Shown in pieces: positions 27,317-41,926 of a stretch of DNA of 64,000 bases. The stretch is taken from NCBI RefSeq assembly GCF_009914755.1, contig NC_060945.1; one strand, given 5' to 3'. Positions within the stretch are counted from its first letter, which is position 1. Each line of letters opens with the position of its first letter. This DNA comes from the human T2T-CHM13v2.0 reference genome, Homo sapiens. The translations under genes and the position numbers were made by a program. The notes under the pieces are model-generated. The model searched no databases. It was given only the letters and a program-made list of their open reading frames with translations, and was not told the origin of the DNA.

Positions 27317-29394
27317 CTAAAGTCAAAACAGGCACTTGCAGAATGGCTGGATTCAACAAGGTCATCATGGCTTCTGAAAGAAACAGAGCAAGGGGATTTG
27401 CTCTGAGAAATACAGCCTCCATCTCAGAACCCTGCAAAGATGCCCTCCCTGGCTGTCTGAGCAGCCTTTGCTGTCAGGCCCTGTTGGCAGAGGAAAAGTG
27501 AGCCGCCTGCCCTGGGTCAGGGAGAGCTGCAGCCCCCTCCTTGGGCAGAGATTTCACCCAACAGAGAAAACCTGGGTGGAAAATTGCATCCAGGAAGAAT
27601 AGAGGAAAGACAAAGGAAATGGCTGCCTTCTCCCCTGGGCACCCGCCCCCACGGCCACCACCTCTGTTGCTCACAACTTTATCCATTCCTTTCCTTGGGA
27701 ATCCACGGGTGTTCCAAGAGCTCTTTAGTGCAGTGCTTCAGAGCTTTGACTTTAGGGCAAGATTTGGCCACTGTGAGCAATCTGATGACTCCGTTTCTGT
27801 TTCTAAAAACCTTCAGGAGGCAAATGCAGAAATAAGTACAAAAAAAGTGAGCAAACCTAGAGAAAACCTGCCAGCCTGGAAGAGAGAATGGATGTGCCTA
27901 TGGGCAAGGCCATCCATACGCATGATGACCAGGCTAACTGTGAATCACAGATTAGAACTGGGGCAGCTCTGGGTGTTAGAATGCAACGTGGAAGCATTAA
28001 TGAATCCCAGCATTCAGCTGGGATTCCAGAAAAATGGAGTTTGGCAGATGCAGACTCCTTGTCTAAGACTTCTTTTAGGAGCCCTCCTTGCGTTGTGGTA
28101 TCTTCTATTTGCTCCATCAGCCCTGGGCTCTCAGTGATTGGAGGGGTCTGTGTGAGTGGTTCCAGACCAGCTCAGTATGTTACTAGGTTGTATTATCAAG
28201 TAGAAGCCTGCAGCTTCTGTAGCAGTCTCTGTGCTTTTTCTCGATAGTGAGCTATGATTAGGGTGAGCTCAGAGCTGAAAGTCAAACAGAAATGCAGATG
28301 GAACCAATCAGCCTCAGATTCCAAAGCAGCTGATAAAAGCATAACATACCAAAAAGAATGTTGGTCGCACAGGAAGGAAGCCATAGCCCCTTGCCGTCTG
28401 CATTAGGGAGGATTTTAACTTTTTGCTAGTTAATTTTGTAATTTTTAAAATCTTGTATAAGATTGTGCACCATTTGAAATAAGAAAAAAATCTTTAAAAA
28501 AATTTTTTTAAAGGAGATAAAGATAATGAAAGAAAGGAGCCTTGAGGACAGTAATTGCCAAACCATACTGCTGAGTTCAATGCCTGGGTGACAGACATTT
28601 TACCTGCAAAACACATAAGGTTTTCCTTCTTAGTAAACTCATGCAGGCTTTACTATTAAAACACAGAAGCACTATCGCAGGAAGGACATTGACATAAAGT
28701 GCTTTCAGGGCCCTTGAAGCACGGACTTTAATCAATTTTCCTGTGTCTACTGAAGGAGGCTTCAGCTCTTTGGTTTAAAATAACCCAGTGGATGGCCCTT
28801 AATTTCAGAAATTGTTCTATGCAGTTTTTTTCTCAGCAGGATGCAGAAAGCAATCCCCACTGTGGCTGAGAGGAGAGCGGGCCTGGTGGGCTCCACTCAG
28901 TGGCAGCCAGTGGTCACTTCTGGATCGGTTCCTGGCTGGGGTCCATTGTCCTGACCTGCTGGTCCCACACCCCACAGAGGAAAGTTGCTATTAATACCCT
29001 CTTCAGGTCCCTGCAGGAAGCTCGGCCTTCTCCAGATGCCACTTAGGAGTCAATCCTTGTTCCAAAGAAAGAGAGCATAGAATGCAAACTTGTGTCAGGT
29101 TGAAGAGGCTGGGGACAGGGGCATCCCAGGCTGCTCATCCACAGGTCATCGTCACTCGGCTCCTAAAGAGTACATCGTCGTGGAGGAAGGACAGACAGAA
29201 AACATGATCTGCTGGCTCCAGACCCACACCTCGCTGGCCCCTCTGGCCTCTCCCATCACTCACCTGCAGGGCAACCGCCTCCAGCCCTCACCTGCATTCC
29301 TGGGATTCCTGCAGCTACATCCTCCCTGGTCTCCCAGCTCTGCTCTTTTGAGCCTCCACATGGGGCCCAGAGATATTCTTTCATGAAGTGAGTC

Positions 29395-30142
<748 letters not shown>

Positions 30143-30149
30143 AATTTTT

Positions 30150-30715
30150 TTTTAAAGTAAGCCAGAGCATGACAACACCTAGCATAAAACCGACCAGACC
30201 AGAGGCTCCCCCACCTCACCCTAAAGCCTCACCATGACCTACGCGATTCTCCCAGTGTGCTCTCATGCCTGGCCACTTCCCCGGCACCTCCTACCTCCAC
30301 TGTTCTGTCCCCATGCTCTTCAGCCATGCTGGCTTCCTTGCTGAACCTTGAACTGCCCAAATACACTGCTGACTTGGGGTCTTGGCGTAAGCCATTCCGT
30401 TTGCTAGAAACATCTTCCCTGGGTCTTCCCACTGCTTCCTCACTCCATCAGGCCTCATCTCAGAAGCCACCTTCTCTCACACGCTGGGCTAAAATGCCTC
30501 CCTCCCCTGGCCCACTGCTCTGCTGTCTGGCCTCCTTCCTTTTCTCTTGGCAACACCCCTCCTGAACTCATACACTTGTTCACTAATGTATGTGGTTGTT
30601 TAGAGTCTGTCTCCTGCACAGCAGGTCAGCTCCGCGAGAGCAGGGACCAGGTCTGGTTTTGTCCACTGCAGTATCTCAGTAACCAGGACAGTTCCTGGTA
30701 CACAGTGCTGAATAG
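30150..30715 (+). mobile_element. L2 fragment
   Basis: cagccatgctggcttccttgctg...gagagcagggaccaggtctggttttgtccactgcagtatctcag...cctggtacacag. Confidence 0.6.
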
Positions 30716-30744
30716 ATCCAGTGACATAGCATCGTTTATGTCTA

Positions 30745-31134
<390 letters not shown>

Positions 31135-31369
31135 CTACTACAAGAGACTCATAGACACAATGTTATGGGGTTTAAATAAAGGAAAAGCTTTTCTACCTTG
31201 GCATGAGGGGGGCTCAGGGTAGAATGGAAGCCAAGGTGTGTGGCTAGGTAGTCCCTGGGCTGGGGCAGGACACAAGAAGGAATTCATTCGCTCAGGCAGC
31301 AAGGGAGCGTGATGCTTCCCTGTGCCCTTGCTGACCCTCATGATCGTCTTTAAAGCTGACCAATTATAT

Positions 31370-31850
31370 TAGGTGACAGTGGCATTTTGTATTAATTAAC
31401 GCTTCTTTGATTGTTAGTGAGGTTGACTGTTTTTCACATGTATATATTAATCATTTCTATTCATTCTTATAGTTATCTGTAATTGTGTTCATTGCCCATT
31501 TTTCCACTGGATGTTTGCAGTTTGTTAATTTGTTGAAAGTGTTCCTTATTAAGACACTGATGCTTACACACACATTTATATACACGTGATACAAATATAT
31601 AGCATATATAGCAAATTGAAATTTCTGGTTTATTATTTACCTTTTCATTTTAACATCATCTTTAGATATGTAGTCAAATTCTTTTTTTATGCTGTTCTTT
31701 TTGCTTCTATATCTAGAAATGTCTTAACTCTAAAAATAGATCAGTATTTATCTTTTTTGTAACTGTTTTTATAATGCAAGAGTATAGAAGATGACACTTT
31801 TACTTATAAGTAATAACTTTTATACTTGTGGAATTAATTTTGTTACATAG
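31370..31850 (-). mobile_element. Old L1M fragment
   Basis: tggcattttgtattaatt...gttagtgaggttgactgtttttcacatg...ttcattgcccatttttc. Confidence 0.55.
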
Positions 31851-32199
31851 AAGAGCCATATGTACCAAGAATCTTTTAAAAATTTCCCACTGTTAACCCA
31901 GCAATTCCATTTCTGCAACCCTCTACGAAGACCTGTTTCTCACCCAGGCACCCCCGAGGCATAACATGAGAAGTAGCAGATGAGATCTGAGGCCTCAGGG
32001 TCCCCAGGGCTCATCTCCCTGGACATCCATTGTACTGAAAGCCTTTGCAGGTAGGGCTAAATTAATGACTCATTTCACGGATTAGTAATTGAAGACATTA
32101 TTTTAACATTAAAACAAATCAGATCACTTTCAAGAAGAAAGCAACATTCTCCTGAAATTCTAAGAAAAAGGTGAAAACCTCAAAGCTTCTCTTTGGGGG

Positions 32200-32590
32200 A
32201 TACACTTTGGCAAGATGTTGGAGAATCACTATCCACACCAACAGATCTGAGATATGCGCCGAGATTTATTTACAATGTTCACTGCAGCATAATTGTGCAA
32301 AAAAATGGACACAATCTAAATATCCAACAGTAGCAAATTGGCTCAATCAATTATGATATGATCTCATATGATGAACGGGGTCCATTGAAACTGTTTCCAT
32401 GAAAATAATTTTAGTTGCAATCACTTTTTTCAACATCTAATGTAATCATGAGAACATATTAGAAAAAGTATCGAGCAGGCAGTCAGCTAAAAGGTTCCCA
32501 GTGGCAGAACAGCTGAAGGCGGTTCTTTTCTCCTTGATACTTTTCTGAACTTTCATTTGCTCCACAGTGACTTTATGATTTTCTACTCAG
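32200..32590 (+). mobile_element. Old L1ME fragment
   Basis: atgttcactgcagcataattgtgcaaaaaaatggacacaatctaaatatccaacagtag. Confidence 0.55.
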
Positions 32591-33714
32591 AAGAAGAAAG
32601 TGTGGGGTTTGTGGCTGCTGTTTGGTTTGGCAGCTCGCTTTGTTTTTGAAAGAGAAGTGGAGCGGAGGGAGCAGCGCTGTTCGTGTAGAGGGCCTTGGGG
32701 AGACGCCTGGGAACGGGGCCCCTTCATGCCTTGTCTGCATGTTAGGAATAGAGACGTGAATATTTTTACATCAGTTTTAACACCTTTGCAGGCCTGTAGG
32801 TTGGAAATAGCTGGTCAATGTCTGGTGCGTCCCAGCATGGGAGGCGCGTCCCTCTCCAGCCCCATGCGACATTCTCGGGGTTGACTTGGGGTCACAGTTG
32901 TCTGCTCCCAGTGTTTGATCAGCTTCATTTCCAAAATGGGTCACTCACAGGGCGGTGTGTGATCATGTGTGCGACGTGGCTCTTCAAAGCTGTTTCCTGG
33001 TTGGGAAATCTTCACACACACACAAAGGTCGAGTCTGCTGTCTGTCCAGCGTTGACGGTGCCTGCCACACCTCACGTCTGCACCCTCTCCTGTCCCCGCC
33101 TCCGGGCCTTCTGCCCATAGCCAGGTGTGACAGCCAGGGCTGCCGCCTCCCGATCAGGCAGTGCACAGCCCTGGGACCCCCAGGGACACAGACCTAAGGG
33201 AAAGTGAGCCCCCAAACCTGCCTTCCAGCCAGCCTGCTTGGAGGAAATGCCCTAGCTTTATTGAACACTTAATTACTTAATAAATATTAGATGATACCAT
33301 TCTCCACAAAAAAAAAAAAAAAAAAGATTGAAACCCAGAGAGAGATGGGCAAGTCACGAAAACAAGAATAAAGGGGATTATTCTTCAAGGTAACAGGATA
33401 TGAAGAGAAGTGCCCCCAGGCTGGTCCGCTGGAGCATTTAGGACAGCAGAAGAGAGGCCTCTTTATAATCTCCCGACCTGAAATTCACCCTCATCGCTCC
33501 CAGCTTCACATACAACCTGGAACTCCGGGGGAGATGGGGAAAGCCGGGGGGCGGCCCCTGTGACCTGGCTGACCCAGGTCTCATGACAGAATGTGAAAGA
33601 CTCCTTTATTTGTAATTCTCAGTACTCCCAAGTTGTAAGCCCCGATTTTACCTACAGGTACCTTTTGAGTATTTAAAGATGTGCCAAGCACACAGTAGAG
33701 AAGTATCATAGGTG

Positions 33715-33935
33715 GAGCCCAGGGCAAAGAGCTCAGGCCTGAGTAAATCAGCACCATCTCCCACCAGCTGTGTGACCTCAGGTAGGAGATTCAACCTCTC
33801 TGTGCTTCAGACTACACAGCTCCCAAACAGACAGAATTGCCAACCTGCCCCACAGCTATTGTCAGGGTTAAATGAGGGTACATCCATGAAGTGCTCAGAG
33901 TGGGGCGCATCCTGAGTGTCACAAAGGTTGGCAGC
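33715..33935 (+). mobile_element. MIR SINE
   Basis: ccagctgtgtgacctcaggtagg...aacctctctgtgcttcag...ggttaaatgag. Confidence 0.7.
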
Positions 33936-34229
33936 TGTTATTGTCTTGTTTTGATGGTTGGGTCATCGTCATCATCATCATGATGATTATTATCCCCATT
34001 TCGCAGCAGTGAAAACAAAGGCTCAGGTCAGTCTGATTCCAGGGCTCCTTCTTTCTCATCTCCACTTTGCCTCCACCAATAACACCCAGTGGGGGCCCCA
34101 GTATGAAATTGTCTAACTCCTTACCTTCTTCACTATCTTTTTTCTTTTTCTGTCTCCTTTCCCCACTCTCTTTCCCATCTGTAAGCCAAAAACCCCAACA
34201 TCTAGGAAAAGCCAATCATGAAAAAAGTC

Positions 34230-35610
34230 ATCCTCCCACCAATTTGTGCCTCCAGCCCAGACCTCTCTCCCAAGTTCCCAACTTACATGTCCAACAGCCA
34301 ACTCCACACCTCAGCCTCAGCATCTCACACTCCCTTCGCCCAAGACTAAACTCCTGCTCTTCATACACAACTTGCTGCCTGCAAAGACCTCCCCATCCCC
34401 AGTGACGCCATCCTTTTGGCTGCTCCAGCCAAGAGCCCTGGAGTCCCTGTCCATTCTCCTCTTGCTCTCACTCCCTCCTTCCCCTCTTCCAATTGGTCAG
34501 GAAGTCCTGCTGGCCCTTCCTTCAAAGTAAACCCAGGAGCCAACCACTTATTATCCTCCCGCTCTGCTCGCTCCTGGATTCCTGAACCAACTTCCTGGCA
34601 GTCTCCTAAGGTCAAGTGGCATCTGTCTTCTACTCAGCCTCCTGTGTGGCCCCCATATCACTCAGCGCTAACTGCAGGGGCCTCATCGTGGTCTCCACAA
34701 CCCTGTGTGATGCCTCGCCCACATCTTCCCTCTTCCATCCATGCCTCCTGTCCCCACCGTAGTGGCCTCATTGCCCCAGCTCAGGGGCTTTGTCCCAGCT
34801 GCTCCTTTGCCCTGGAACCCACCTATTGCAGGGAGCTGTTTGGCTTCCCAGCACCTCCTCTAAGCTCATATCCCACCTTCTTTTCCCTCCGGGGCCTACC
34901 CTGACCACCTGCAGTGGGTTGAATCACATCCTCCCCAACATTCATGTCCATGGGGAGCCTGTCATTGTGACTTTATTTGGAAATAGGGTCTTTGCAGATG
35001 TAATTAAGTTAAAGATTTTGCAATGAGATATCCTAGTTTTAGGGTGAGCCTAAATCCAATGATCGGTGTTCTTATAAAAAGAGGATAATACACACAGAGA
35101 TACAGAGACAAGGCCATGTGAAGATGGGGACAGAGACTGGGGTAATGGGGCCACAAGCCAGGGAAGCCTGGAACCACTAGAAGGTGGAGGAGGTAGGGAA
35201 GGATCTTCCCTAGAGCCTGCAGAGGGAATGCAGCCCTGCCAGCAACTCGATTTTCGATTTCCGGCCTCCAGAAGTGTGACAGGATAAATTTCTGTTGTTT
35301 TAAGTCACACAGTTTATGGTGCTTTATCAGGGCAGCCCTAGGACCCAAGTCCACTGTCCTATTGAACATCGAAGCCTGTCCCACCCCTCGATCCCCATAG
35401 CCCCACGTCTTCCTGCCAGTCTCTGCCACTTCTTTGTCCTCGTGCAGTTACCACTGCTGGCACGTGCTGTCATTTCTGCCCAACTGTGCTTATTTTTATC
35501 AGCTGTCTCCCCACACTGGGACCAAAGGGCTATGAGAGAAACTTCTTTGTCTTGATGAGCCTGGCAGTTCACAGGGCTGAATCAATATCTGTTCAATCAA
35601 TAATGGAATA
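34230..35610 (+). mobile_element. L2 3' region split by an MLT1 LTR
   Basis: ccagacctctctcccaagtt...taaactcctg; 3' end tcaatatctgttcaatcaataatg. Confidence 0.65.
34910..35352 (+). mobile_element. MLT1 (B/C-like) solo LTR
   Basis: tgcagtgggttgaat...ttatttggaaatagggtctttgcagatgtaattaag...ataaatttctgttgttttaag...ggcagccctagga. Confidence 0.9.
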
Positions 35611-35874
35611 ATAAACAAACTCCTAAGGAATTGGAAAGGACCAGAAAACCCTTTCAGAATCTACATGAACTATCCATCTTCCTCCTCAGCCACCTTCATT
35701 TAACTTCATCAAACTGACAGCCAGCTTTGAAAACTAATGCTTTCTAGTTTTTGTTCTATTGAGTTTAGTGACAAGCATCGCAATAGTGATTGTATCTACT
35801 ATACTTCCCTGCACATTCCCTGTGTGGCTGGTAGAATCAATCAGCTCTTCTACAGCAAGATGGAAGAGTACTTG

Positions 35875-35982
35875 TCACTAAACCCAGGAAGCAGAGGTTG
35901 CAGTGAGCTGAGATCATGCCACTGCACTCCAGCCTGGGTGACAGAGCAAGACTCCATCTCAAAAAAAGAAAAGAAAAGAAAC
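35875..35982 (+). mobile_element. Alu 3'-end fragment
   Basis: aacccaggaagcagaggttgcagtgagctgagatc...ctccatctc followed by an A-rich tail. Confidence 0.9.
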
Positions 35983-37310
35983 ACTGCAGAGAGCTGCTGG
36001 TGGAAAGCGTCCCTCGTCACGCCCCCTCCCAGGCTCCCCATTGCGTGGGATCTAGTGTGGTGCACTGTGCCCCACCCAGCACAGGCAAAGAAGAGAAACT
36101 GATCTTACCAGCCACTCAGGGTCCTTTCACAACCACACACCTCAAAGAAGGATAAAGCCATCCATGAGTAACCCCAAGTCACCATAAGAGGTGCCCTTAC
36201 TTCAGAGCTAACCTAGCCTCTGGGAGCCAAAAAGAGCAAAGAAAGCCCCAAGACACGGATCTCAGCCCTTTGTCACTGGATGGTGTCCTCCCAGCCTGCT
36301 CACTCCTATGGGGCAGGGGGCCAGAAGCAGGGGACAGCTTCCCTCTAAGATCTGCACAAAGAACACTAGGAGGGCATTTGGGCAGTGAGTTGTCACCTAC
36401 AGATCAGAGGTTGAACGAGCTCACTGGGACCTCCCTTGGCTCCAGTTCACTAAGGAACATGAAATGCTTTAGGGAGCATGGAGTACATACGCTGGGAAGA
36501 AAAGATCCCCAGCAAAGCAAGGAGAGCCAGTGCCAACATCGAATGGTGACCGGAAAGGCTAACATCCATTTATCCAGCAAGTCAGGCCGCCTCGGAGCCC
36601 TCTGCCTGCCCCAGGCCGCTATTCCCAGGCCAACCCAGGGCCTCTCCTTCTGGTGCAGGGGTTCTCAAGATGGCGCCCCCTCCTGGTTCTAGGTGGGCAA
36701 GGGTCAGGCCCTCCTACCTGGGTCCCTCAGTCCTGTCCACGTTCCAGGGTCTCAACCTCAGCCAGGGGCCTGGAGGGGCCTCTTGAGGACACTCATCTGT
36801 ACCCTGGTCTCCTCTCTAGCTGCCCCACTTTCAGCCTACAGGTTGACTCATTGGGAAATGATTCCTACGTCATTTCCTGCATCCTCTCTGCTTTATGGAG
36901 AATCTGTGATGTCTGAACAGGAGGCCTGGCCCTGGGGCCTGTCTCTGACAACATCCCGACTCCTCTGAAAGGTGCAAATGACACGTCCTTCTCTGCAGAA
37001 CTTCTGTCTTGGCTGGGCTGTGGTAGCCAAAGCCCCTGGGCTTCACGTTCTTCTAGAGAAGTGCCTGCCATGCCCAGCCTAGAAGGCTGGCTCCCAACGC
37101 TAAAAGGAAGCTTTTCTCTCTTAAGAACCCAGCTTTGTAAATAAAAGCCTCCTGTGTCGTTATTATTGTTCTTTTAGGTAATTTTTTTCAAGTTGGCATT
37201 TTGAAATAATTTCAAATTTACTGAAGAGTTGCAAAAATAATACAGAAATGTCCTATATAAACTTTGCCTACCTCCACCGATGTCTTAAAATTATTAACAG
37301 CATTGTTAAC

Positions 37311-37683
37311 ACAATCATCCCGTCTTAGCCTCAGTTTCACTTTCTGAGGTTTCAGTTACCCGCCATCAACTGTTGTCCAAAAATATTAAGATATTTTGAG
37401 AGAGACAGAGGGAGAGAGAGATCATATTTACATAACCTTTAGTACAGTACATAGAAATCATATTTACATAATCTTCAGTACAGTATATTGTTATAATTTT
37501 TCTATTTCATTATTTATTATTGTTATCGATCTCTTACTGTGCCTAATTTACAAATGAAACTTTATCATAGGTATGTGCATATAGGAAAAAAACATACAAT
37601 GTGTAGGGTCCAGTACTCTCTGAGGTCTCAGGCAGCCCCCGGGAGTCTTGGAACAGATCTCCATGGATAAAGAGGGCTGCCAT
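37311..37683. mobile_element. MER44A (TcMar-Tigger) MITE
   Basis: ggtttcagttaccc...aaaatattaagatattttgagagag...ctcttactgtgcctaattta...gtcttggaac...ggataa. Confidence 0.85.
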
Positions 37684-38439
37684 ATTTGAGGAAAGGAAAA
37701 TGCATGAAGTAACATTTCCAACTTTTGTCTCGTCAACTAAACTGAAACTTTGACACACGTCTATGTAATAGAATGAGAAACATGTGCTTCTGAAACATTT
37801 TGAAAGTGATGCTTTTCTGTCAGTACTCAACCCTTTTCTTTCAAGACTCTCATGCTTGAGATATCTACAAAGCCCATATACATTCCTCACCTGCATTTAA
37901 AAAGCCGCTACTGTCCATTCCTCACCCTTTGTTGCTTGAGAGCTTCCCCAGAGATGTAAGCCAACCATGCTACCCCTCAGAAGCTAAACAGCACCTCCTT
38001 CTTGTAGGAGCTCCTTTAGGGGTGACTCGGGCTCCAACCTAATGGATTTGCACACTCAGGCACTCTCTCGGGGCATGTTCACAGCACATGAAACCTGTCC
38101 AAAGACAACTATTAAAATTCTAAAATTCCACCCTCTGTCCAACAAGTTTCTGAACACTTGGTCTCTATGCCTCCCTGCTAAAAACCAAGCTAAAGAGATG
38201 AACCATGGATCAATAGAGGTTTGCTTTGCTGAGCCAACTAGTGAGGACTTGGGTTGGTGCCTTTCTGCATTTATCATGGTTACATGGTCATTAAGGGTGA
38301 CATTTGTTAAAACTGAAAAGTCATTAACCCCAGGGGCAGGACTGCCCCCGGTTCACAGTGGGGCTATTCCCTGTCTAGAAAAATGAAGGGGTTTTAGTTA
38401 AAAGGATTTGAGCTGCTTGCCATCTGGATTTTATTTTGC

Positions 38440-38870
38440 TTTTCTATTATTTTTAAGCAGATTTAATGTTTGAATGGGTAATGCATCTACATGATATCAA
38501 AAAGTTTAAGAAGGTGTATATATGAGCAGTTCCTTCCCTTTCCTCTCTCACAGTCACGTTATTCCCACCATGGCCTATGAGTTTCCATTCTTAATAGACG
38601 GTTTTATAGTCTTCAAAGGTTACTACACGAATACAAGCAAAGGTATACTCCCGCCCCCACCACAAAGACTGGCACTCTACAAAACTTGCTCTGTGCCTTC
38701 ATTTTTGATTTAACACTACTTCTTGGAAATTTTTCCCCAATGGTACAAGAAAACACATTTTTGTTTGTTTCAGCCCTATTGTATTCCATTTATATAGACA
38801 ACATACTTAACTAGTCTTCTCTTAGGGGACAATTACATGGTTGCCAACACTGCAATTATAAAACGACACA
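38440..38870 (-). mobile_element. Old L1ME-like fragment
   Basis: ctctgtgccttcatttttgatttaacac...gtattccatt...ggacaattacatggttg. Confidence 0.45.
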
Positions 38871-39637
38871 AATCTATGTGTCAGATGGTATCTGTTCACT
38901 AGCGACTAGGATGGTGCCAGAGGAGGGCACGGAAATGGTAAACAAATCACATGTGGGGGGACCCTCAAAGGCTGTGTCTCAGTTGTGAAAAACAGATTTT
39001 CATCAGGCAGTACACATCTATACTCCATTTTACACTTTAGATGGAGCTAAAGATGTTTCCCTCTCCACCTGAGTTCTGCCAGAAATGTGTCTGAGAATTT
39101 GCCCCCAGTCTAAGGACATGAAACCCCTTGTTCCCAATATACAAGCATGGAGGGGCACCACAGATTAAAGTAAGATCAATGTTACCAGAACAATAAAAGG
39201 GCTCGCTAGCACCTTTAAATTTCCACTAATACTTTATTATTTTTACTCCAAACCCTTTGTTACGTTAAGAGACAGCAAATTCCAAAGAACAAACTAATTT
39301 TAGCCAGAGAGAGCACAAGCAACATGCCTATCCGGGAGGAAGTGCTCAGGAAATGATAGCTTCAGATAATACACCACCCATATCCTACTTCCTATAGTCA
39401 GAAAAAAAGAGCACTAAAAAGTCCCTCAAAACACACAAAGAAACACTAAAAGGAAAGTCCAATGCCTGCAGCCCACCTCAGTTTCCTTCAGTCCCCAATT
39501 TCTAGGTTAATGCTCCAAGATCACAGCCAGACTTCAGGCCCAGGCCTCACCATAGCACTAGATGTTGCTTCTAGAATCAAGCACTGAGTGGCTTCTAGAA
39601 CTGAGGCACTACATCAAACCTTCAGAAAGGCCAACGC

Positions 39638-40154
39638 CCGTGGTTCTCAAAGTGTGGTCAGGCCAGGGACCCCTGGGAGTCCCCAGACCCTTTCAGGGTC
39701 CCCATAAGGTCAAATGATTTTTATAATCATACTAAGATGTCATCTACCCTTTCCACCCTTACTCTGTAAGTGTGCAGTGGAGTTTTCCAGAAGTTTTGTG
39801 ATGTGTGGTAGTGCAACAGATTGAGTACAGAGTCAGATAGGAGAATCTAGCCATCTTCCAGCTGTTAAAGAGACTTGAAAAAATGTAAAATCATACTGCT
39901 CTTCTTATTAGACCATTTTGCCCTTAAAAATTTAGGGTTTTTTAAATAAAAATGTTATTTATATCAACATGTAATAAGTTTATTATGTTAAATGAATAAA
40001 TGTTTTTAAATGTCTTAATTCCACTTTCTAATATGGTAAAAAAAAAAATGCTCAGCTTACCATAATACACACACACAAAAAAAAGCTCTTTGCTGTCTTC
40101 AATAATTTTTGAAAATGTAAAGGGGTCCCAAAAACAAAAAGTTGAGAACCACTG
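39638..40154. mobile_element. Charlie1-family (Charlie1b-like) non-autonomous hAT transposon
   Basis: Terminal inverted repeats ccgtggttctcaa / ttgagaaccactg; internal cagtggagttttccaga and gcaacagattga. Confidence 0.85.
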
Positions 40155-40859
40155 CCTCTACAAGAAATGAAGGTATGCCGATGATCAGCTCATTACCATG
40201 AAGTGCTAGGGGGTCAGTGAGCCTGCTTTCTCAGGTCACTCTTCCCTTCTTCATTTTCCTAGCACACAGCACAGTGCCTGCCCGGGGTGGGTGTCCCATG
40301 CATGACAGAGGAAAGGAGGGACAGCATAAGGAAAGCAGGAAGACCTTTCCATTGATTATTATTGAATAACACAACTAAGTCAAATCTAGAAAAACTCTCT
40401 GAAAGTAAATGGCAAGTTATTCTGGGTGCCCTGCTTACCAGTGAGGAAAACAGACAAATGGAAAGAGGTGTGGGAATAGATGGGGAAGAGGAGGGACGGG
40501 TGCATGTGAATGGAATGTTCACCACCAGCAGGGATTGCCCAGCACATCTGGCCCATCCCTCTTCCCATTCACTGCTCTACAAAGAGCTTCCCCACATCAC
40601 CCACCACTACCCCCAGCAGTGGGCACCCAAGTGTGTGCAGCTTCCCGGGACCACCCTTCACACCACACACACACATCCTCACCCATGTCCCAAGCATTGA
40701 ATCCCTGCCCAGCAGCACCACAGCTGCAGAACGGAGCATCTGTGCCAACTTGGATTAAGTGTCCCCATGTGCTCTCAGCCTTCTGCCCCATCTGCACCTC
40801 CAAAGCAAGGCCGGAGGGCTGCTCTATCCACTCACCCACCAATGCTGAGTATAGATGGC

Positions 40860-41300
40860 TTTCTTGTGTGGCCTAATGGATTTGAAGTGATATCTTCTTC
40901 TTGTCTTTGCCCCTCTCTCATTCCTAATGAGAGTCTCCTCATATGCTTGGGTATTTGGGGAAGGTTACCTCTCTTGTAAATTACCGTTTCTATCGTTCAC
41001 CCATTTTCCCATTAGAATTCCTGCTTTCTTTTATCAATGTGTAGGTATTTCTCAGATATTCTTGATTTATTTTAGTTATGGACATAACCTTCTGCAAGCT
41101 GACACCCTCTCCAAATCCACCATCTTTCCCTAACTTTGTCTTATGGACAACAACATTTTAACATTTTTTAATAATATCTTTTGCATTTTTGTTCACTAAT
41201 CCTTTCCCATTCCTAGGACCAAAGATATGATTCTACATTTTTTCCTACTGAATTTATGATTTTACCTTTCACTTTTAGGTCTTTAGTCCAGCTGGAGTCA
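40860..41300 (-). mobile_element. Old L1M fragment
   Basis: tcgttcacccattttc...tgattttacctttcacttttaggtctttagtccagctggag. Confidence 0.55.
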
Positions 41301-41438
41301 AAGTTTCTAATGAAGCATTTTTTAATTACAAGACAAACAGGGCAGTAGCCAATTATAAAATCTAGGCATTTCCTCAGCAGTCATGACATGCAGAGGGTCA
41401 TGGTTTTGAGCCTGTACCTCTGGGGATTGTTCTGCAGG

Positions 41439-41926
41439 TGTAATGGCTACCTTCATATGTCAACTTGCCTGGGCCATGAGGAGCCCAGATATTTGGTTAA
41501 ACATGATTCTGGCTGTGTCTGTGACGATGTTTTGAAAGAGATGAACGTTGGATTCAGTAGACTGAGTAAAGCAACCAGCTCCCTTATGCCAGTGGGCCTC
41601 ATCCAATCAGCCAAAGGCCTGCATAGAACAGAAAGGCTGACTTTCCAAGAATAAGGAGGAACTCTTCTCTGCCTGGCTGTCTTCAAGCTAGAGCACCAGT
41701 TTTTTCCAGCCTTCAGACTCAGGCTGGAACCACATCCTTTGTTCTCCTGGGTCTCCAGCTTGCCTGCTGCAAACCTCCATGACCACATGAGCCAACTCCT
41801 TATAATAAATATAAATCTCTTCATTTAAGGAGCATATGAGATATATGTATACACACACACAAGCACGTACACACACACACACACACACACACAATCTGTC
41901 CTGTTTCCCTGGAGATCCCTAATACA
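41439..41926 (+). mobile_element. MLT2 ERVL solo LTR with an internal (CA)n
   Basis: tgtaatggc...tgtcaacttgcctgggcc...agtagactgagtaaagc...ccctggagatccctaataca. Confidence 0.9.

Noticed and set aside
27541-28137. 198-aa ORF
   Set aside because: It has a TTG start, no recognisable homology and no convincing splice structure.
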